Source of the DNA: Paraspadella gotoi
Lineage: Eukaryota > Animalia > Chaetognatha
Assembly: GCA_051294375.1 (NCBI GenBank)
Contig: CM119267.1
Coordinates: forward strand, 9,853,458-9,917,457
DNA: 64,000 nucleotides
Direction: 5' to 3'
Shown here: piece by piece, positions 54,074 through 64,000 of the stretch
Numbering within the stretch: the first letter of the stretch is position 1
Layout: every line of letters starts with the position of its first letter
Notes under the pieces: generated by a model
What the model was told of the DNA's origin: nothing
Databases searched by the model: none
Seen by the model: the letters and a program-made list of their open reading frames with translations, nothing else
Position numbers and translations under genes: made by a program

Positions 54074-57000
54074 TCATTCATAGTCCATGTCATCGTCGGC
54101 GGTATTTTCCGCGATCGGCGTGTTCTTGACGACCTCCTGGTTGCGATATAGCTGCGCAACTTGAGAGGCCGACGTCGCCTCTTCTGGTTTTTTGTCATCG
54201 CGAATTCGAATGAAGCGCGGGAACCGCAAAGAAATTCCTTTAGTCTGGTCCGCGATTCCGACGGCCGCTTTGTGAACAGGCGAAATGGACAAATCCGCGC
54301 ATTTTATCTCCCAAACCTTGAGACAAAAGGTTATTTTTGTGACAACATCTTTAGATAATTAACACTTATAAAAGTGCGATCCGAAAAAGGAGTAAGACTA
54401 CAGAGTGACGAGTCTAGACAAGTGTCTCCCATGATTATAACTAGGTAAATTAATAAAACTACGCAATCCGTAATAAAAAAGTATACAAACGTATACAAAC
54501 CTGAACTGGTTCGAACCAGTGATCAGGCTCCACGGAAGAGTCCCACGCATAATATGGTTTCGCTTTGTCGATCACGTGATCCTTGAAGAATTTGTGGTGG
54601 GCGTCAAGATCATCGTCCTTGAAGCCAGTCCCGATTTTGCAGATGGTCTGGAACTCTTCAGATTCTTCGTCATAGCAGGCCAACAGATATCCGCCATACT
54701 TGCCGGTTCGCTTTCCAGTGCCGATAAACCCACCGATCACGACAACGTCTAAAGTATCGCCAACGCCTTCTAAATAGTCCTTCTTCAGTTTGAGCCAGTT
54801 GTGCGAGCGCTTGGCGATTTCGTAAGTGGCTTCGACCTCGAGGGTCTTGACCATGAGACCCTCACAGGAGTCGCGAATGCTCTCCTCGAGAAATTCGGAA
54901 ATTTGATCGACATCGGTGGAGTCCATCGATTTGGCGAACATGAACTCCCCCTCGGAGACCTTGAAGTGCGATCGTAGCAGATCTCGTCGTCGCTGAAGAG
55001 GCTCGCGAACAAGGGATTCGCCGTTAAGGTACAGAAGATCGAAGGCGAAAACGCAAACCTTTTCGAAAATTGTTTAGATAATTTAAATGTTTTTTTTTTC
55101 GATGTTTAATTTTATTCAATAAGTATTTGACTATTTGTTAAGAATTTGTTATTAAATTGTTTGTTTTGGTAGGTTTACACTAAACAGCGAGTTCCTCAAT
55201 ACCTGGACGGTGATCTCCGATTCGTTGGCATCCTTTCGCTTCCGAGTGCTAAGCACCTGAAAGGGAAGAATCTTCTGCAAACTCTTGTCCCAAGCGACAG
55301 ATTCGGTGTCAAGGATGGCCGATTTGACCTTTCCTTCTTCTATGCATTTCTCCATCCGTGAGATGATGTCAGGGTATTTCGTGGTATTGTCCTCAGAGTT
55401 GCGGCTATAGATACGGACCCCGCCGCCCTCTAGGATGTGAATCTGCGCTCGTTCGCCATCGTACTTGTATTCGCAGGTGAACGAGCTCGTCTCGAAACGC
55501 TTAAGAACCTCAGCTATTCCCTTGGTGGGATGCGCCAGCATCGGTTTCATCGGCACCCCGGGTTGGATCTTGCAGAACTCTGGCAAACGCTCCAATCCGT
55601 GACGCAGCAAAACGGGAACGATGGCGTCGTAGCTCGGGCATTCGCAATAAGTAGTTTTTAGAACAAGCGCGTCCTCCTCCAATTTAGACTTCCAGCTTTC
55701 GGGGCCAACACCTTTGCCGGCGTCCACGATGGCTGGGGGATAAGTTTGACCGGGAGGCGTAGTGGTCGCCGCGTTGGACAGAGCTATTTAAAAGAGAGAA
55801 AAAAAATTATAACTCTCAGCGCCACCGCCATTTATTTTCCCAGTCTCTCTCACCAGTAAGCACGCTCTGTTCGGCAAGTCCGATCCTGAGCTTTCCACCC
55901 AAAGAGCGGATAAAGTACCGGGCTTCTGAGTGTCGACAAGCTACGAAAGTGGCCTTAATCTTGTCCATCTTTTTGTTCTGCGAAGCGTGGCCGGTCATCT
56001 CGGCTATCTCGCGGAGACGAGAAAAAACAACATCGATGGTCAATTTGGCCGGACGGAACATCATGCGCTGCGAAGAACGACTCGTTTCGGCGACCAGACC
56101 CAAATCGCCTGCAGACGTAGTTGAATTTTTTTTGTTGTAAATGATCGCCTCTTCTTGAAGGCATCCCGAATAGCTCGTTCACCTTTCTCTTGGGCGTCGG
56201 CCTTTATTTTGGCCACGCTTCGACCGGTGGCTCCAGCGACCGCCTTCATCAGGATGTTCTCGCCAATTCCGAGCTCCACTCCCTCGTAAGCCGGCGCCAA
56301 CTTGTTGAGGCAGAGATATAAGCATTTGACGAGGTCATTGGGACTCAGAATGATAACAGAGCGAAATAAATTCCTACATATGAAGATGTTATATAGATAT
56401 AATCGGAGTTGTAAGCGTTTAGAAAACTACATAGTTTTAACGAAAAAGATTGTAGGGACAATTGTAAAGACAATATTATTTTTTTTCAAAAAACCGAAGA
56501 TTTGACTTATGAAAGGACAAAAACCATGAATTCGTACAAGTACCTGAGTATCTCCATGATTTTGAGCCTTCCCGACGTTGCTTCGATGAGTTCAAAGGTT
56601 TTGGCCAATGCTATGTAAGGAATCTTTTCGTCGCGCCGCCAACAAGCGTCTTTGATAGGATGATAATTAGATTTGGCTGGGTAATAATCTTCCTCTTTGA
56701 CACCGCTCGGCTCGGATTCCGACCTTCCATCTCGATCCTCCGACGATTTAGAAACTTCCTTTTTCGGCTGAAAAAAAGGAACGGACGGCCTTTCTTTTCT
56801 ACCGGGCGTTACCTTCTCACATGATTCTTTTTCTTCAAGGTGTTTGTTATCCTTCCGGTCTTCTTCCCGGGAGAGCACCTTAACGTCTTTCGTCTCTTTC
56901 TCCGATTCCCGAACCGGACTTTCCATCTTAATATCCGACTCATTCCGACGCCCATTTTTTTCTTCGTCGTTTTCCCTTTTCTCCTCTTTCTTCGTTGCCA

Positions 57001-57975
57001 TTTCCTTTTCGTTCTCCGGCGTCTCTCCAACGCAGCTCCTCAAAATCACTTCATTTTCGTCATCCCCGACAATCTCAGAATTCGGTTCCGCCTACGGTAA
57101 TTATTAAAATCCTTCCTCGTTATTAAGGAATCCAGAGTTCAATATTATACAATATTGCATAGTGCATGTCGCATGATTCTCTTATTCTTCTCTCCCCTCA
57201 TTAAACAAAAAAAAATTTTCAGTAAAACTTATTTTTGTTAAACATAGGCTTGCATTTTTCAACTGATGTCTTCGGACAGACAAATAGACAAAAAAGATTT
57301 TCAGAGTCGAGTTTACACGCTTCTCAAAAAAATTTAACACCTAATCAAATACCTTTACTGTCGCCTTTTCAACGACATCGACTTTAGCTCTTTTGGCCAT
57401 CGGAGAACTGACAGAGTCTTCGTCTTCGCTGTCGCTCTCCTCTCGCAGAGGCTTCCATAGTGGGTGGCGCGCCGTCTTCCGCTTCGCGAGACCAGAATTT
57501 CCTATCTCGCGGAACCTCTCTTTCTTGACGCGCGTTTTTGCCGCGGGATTCCCTTTGGACCCTTCGTCGACACCGGCCTTGAAAAAGGCTTTCACCGTTG
57601 GCTGCCCTTTATCGGGCGAATCCTACGAGGAACGTTTCTCATAGGAATCGTCATAGACCTGAACACTATCTCGAGAGAAAAACGCGAACCGGAAGTTGGG
57701 CGACGTCGCTCACGTCGAGAATCGACGAGTTTTCGATTCGCGAGTCTGACGCTGGAACGTCTTCGTCATCGTCGCTGTCCACGATTCGACGCGCTCTCTT
57801 ATTTTTTACGCCTCCTGGGAGAATTTTTAGGTTTATGGATCACTAATTGAGTTTATACTACTTTGTGCTCACCTAGGTTTTCTTCTTTTTCTTTCGGTTC
57901 TCGGGGCTCATCCTTTGTGTCTTCAGACTTCTTTTTCGAGTTCCCAAAAAATGACAGAATTGTTTTTTGTGCCAT
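54074..57975 (-). CDS. LIG1: DNA ligase 1, multi-exon
   Basis: N-terminal PIP box [10 protein letters not shown]; motif [12 protein letters not shown]; CEGLMVK; WLKLKKDY; [14 protein letters not shown]. Confidence 0.97.
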
Positions 57976-58666
57976 TGTAAAAAAACAAAAAAAAAACAAT
58001 AGTTTTGGAGCTAATCGAAGTACAACTAGAAACAGACATCACATCTTTGCTTATAAAAATTAACAATTTAATACCTTAATATTCCTAAATCTCAGGTCAT
58101 AGTGATAAGTTCACATCGATGAAAATGATAAACACTAAACAGAACACTGATATACACGTCTCAACTTGACTAGACGTAATTTCCAAATCATATTCTGTTG
58201 TTCGATTTTTTACTCATAATTTCAACTTTCTTAACCATATTTCTCATTAAATAATTTGCACTTGTTCGTAACATTTCCTTAACTTTCGGTTCTTAATGTC
58301 ATATTAATATTTTCTACTTACTAGTATTCCGATTAAAAGAAGTACTATTTATGTAAAAACGCGGTTCTTCATAATGAACACACACTAATAGAACCTAAAA
58401 ATTATCCGAACCATAATAAATCGCCTCCCAACTTTTACAGTTACTCACTTCATTGCGTTAAACCAAAAGAATGAGAGAAATATTGTCTTGAATATTTTTT
58501 TAAATCTTTGTTCCGAATTCATACGTACAAGATCTTAATCTCAAAATTTACCCACCTGCCTTGTGAGCCTACAACTTTATTTTTCTCTTACGTACTTGTA
58601 TTTGTTACTTTAATGCAAATCACTAATAATGCAGAATATAATTTTAATATAATTTTATTTTTAAAA

Positions 58667-58711
58667 TAGCAGACATGTTTCGAACGCGCATTTCGTTCTT
58701 CATCAGTGCTA
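58667..58711 (-). ncRNA. Intact minimal type I hammerhead ribozyme (Penelope-like-element type)
   Basis: Minus strand reads TAGCA-CTGATGA-A-GAACG-aaatgcg-CGTTC-GAAA-CAT-GTC-TGCTA: 5-bp stem I, 5-bp stem II, full core, GUC cleavage triplet and palindromic ACATGT stem III. Confidence 0.85.
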
Positions 58712-58847
58712 AAAAAAATTGTTATTTCGTCTAATCGTTCTACCAACGAAAAGAAAGATTTACAAACAATTTTAATATAATATAATTTTAATCTTATAAG
58801 CTAAGAAGTTTAGATCAATAAATCACTATCACAATCTACGAGGGGGT

Positions 58848-59768
58848 TTAATTACGCCACGAAAGCCTGATTATGGCTCTTCTTAGACCGTTGTGCTCAG
58901 TCCACGACGTCTCTGTCTCAAGCTTTCCATTTTTCTTAACGAGTTCGATAAATGTATCCACGCCTCCTCCTACCCCAAAGTAATGTTCCTTGGCAGCGAC
59001 GAGGGCGACGCCATCTTGGGCCAAGAAATGAAGGACGGCATCTAAAAAATTTTCGTTTTCCTTTGGGTCGTAAATGGTTTCGGAGGAGAGGACGAGATCG
59101 AACTTGTCCTTCGAGTTTCGAATGAGTTCTCTCCAGTCGCCAGAATAAAAACGACATTTTTTTTCCGCGTCGCCTTCGTTGAGAACGACGTTGGGCATCG
59201 TGAATCCCCGAATCACTTCGACGTTGAAGTCCTGAAAGTGTGCCTCCAGTGCGCCGCCGCGACATAGCGCCCATATGCCGGGCAATCCTGCCCCGCAGCC
59301 GAGTTCGATAACGCGCTTACCCGTCCAGCCGAATGGCTTTAAATCGCAGGCAAGGTGCTTAACGAGATCCAGCGCGCACTCCCACACTTTTAAGCCACCC
59401 TCGTAAACTCGAGGAACCAAATCCGAGCCTCTGTCGGCGGCTTCGAGGAAACCGCCTCGAGGCTGTAAGTCTTCCGGCTCATCGACGTAAGCGCGGATGC
59501 GCGCTTCGACCAGGGCGGGATGGAGACATCGGAGTTCGATTGGTTCGTCATTTGTGTTTCGGCCGCAGTTGACCGTTTCGATCTCCGCATCGTTCAAAAT
59601 TTCTGGAAACATTTTCGCTAACTTAAATTCACGAAATTTACTCGCGGAACATTTGCTATCCTTCCGACGTTTAGCCTTTCGTTCAATAACGTTTTCATTG
59701 ACTTCTTGACTTTTGATTGTGTCTGGTTGTTTGTTATCAAAAATAAAGTTAAATGCAAACCCCGACAT
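58848..59768 (-). CDS. METTL18: Histidine protein methyltransferase 1 homolog, intronless
   Basis: SDLVPRVYEGGLKVWECALDL, GKRVIELGCGAGLPG, HFQDFN, DLVLSSETIY, AAKEHYFGVGGG. Likely start MSGFAFNF at 59768; the ORF extends to ATG 59810. Confidence 0.93.
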   Translation of the reverse strand: MSGFAFNFIFDNKQPDTIKSQEVNENVIERKAKRRKDSKCSASKFREFKLAKMFPEILNDAEIETVNCGRNTNDEPIELRCLHPALVEARIRAYVDEPEDLQPRGGFLEAADRGSDLVPRVYEGGLKVWECALDLVKHLACDLKPFGWTGKRVIELGCGAGLPGIWALCRGGALEAHFQDFNVEVIRGFTMPNVVLNEGDAEKKCRFYSGDWRELIRNSKDKFDLVLSSETIYDPKENENFLDAVLHFLAQDGVALVAAKEHYFGVGGGVDTFIELVKKNGKLETETSWTEHNGLRRAIIRLSWRN

Positions 59769-59914
59769 AATAAAACTCTCGATCTGGGGCGTTGAATCTA
59801 ACCGATTCATAAAAAAAATAATTTTATTAGTTTCAAGAACAAAACATTTTTAAGCAATAAATAACTAATTAACAAACAAAGCATTCAAAACTAAGAAATT
59901 TCACATTCGTCTTT

Positions 59915-63315
<3,401 letters not shown>

Positions 63316-64000
63316 TTACGGCGTTGTGACTTTCTTTTCACGTGTATTTTATGGGCATCACATGACTAGGAAATTTATATATAACAAACGTCTTAAGGAG
63401 GATAACTACTCAGCAAAGTTTTATTTAAAACAACCACACATTACACGAAACATGCCGCATGAAAGATATTTTGTTACCTCGCGTCGGGTCATTCTTTTTT
63501 AGTCATTTAAGTTGACCTTACCTGACCTTATCTTTTCACCGTTCTCGTCGCTTTCTTGTGGCTTTCTTTCGGCCGAAAACCTCGTCACTTGTTATTCAAT
63601 CAGAATCATTTTTAAAGAAAAGATCGGCCTTCTGCAACAGTAGTTTTTACGGATCCAAGGATTTATTACAAATATTTTTTCGACTTTTCCTTGATTTGCC
63701 ATGGAATTATCTCTACAAAAATACAAAAAATTCACAATTTATTCTATATTTTTCGACGTTTTCTTTACGCTTCAAGATTTAGTAAGATACTACGAAATCC
63801 TTGCTCCTTGTCTAAATCTGTTCATCCGACGGCCGATGCCTCGAACGCGCGACCCCGCAGGCATAGAAAATACAAAAGATTTTCTACACCGCATTTACTT
63901 TGGGATTACGTGATCATAGTTTTGCACTGAATCAGAATTCCGTCTTTTATTCACAATAATTATCTACAAATCTCGATCACAAAATTAATTAATTACAAAT

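Overview
Animal (metazoan) nuclear genomic DNA with GC-rich exons, AT-rich introns of mostly 45-90 nt, and a few multi-kb introns packed with transposon remnants. Fourteen protein-coding genes lie head-to-tail, all on the minus strand. In transcription order they are DUS2 (5' end outside the window), METTL18, LIG1, a PAQR/mPR receptor, a BTB-zinc-finger gene, MRGBP, NDOR1, cathepsin D, midasin MDN1 (one intron only), a CRTAP/leprecan-like gene, a sarcoglycan, a C2H2 zinc-finger gene, SNRNP70 and YME1L1 (3' end outside the window). Stop-to-start spacers are as short as 96-146 nt. Each start codon in the window has an AG, mostly after a U-rich tract, 1-51 nt upstream, which suggests a very large trans-spliced operon (inference; needs RNA data). 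Other highlights are an intact Penelope-type hammerhead ribozyme in sense orientation between METTL18 and LIG1, an array of 5' splice-site motifs in the SNRNP70 autoregulatory intron, a sharp GC-to-AT switch inside MDN1, and DINE-1/Helentron-like elements with filled and empty sites both visible. The first ~7 kb appears to carry sequencing indel errors. The organism cannot be identified from the sequence alone.
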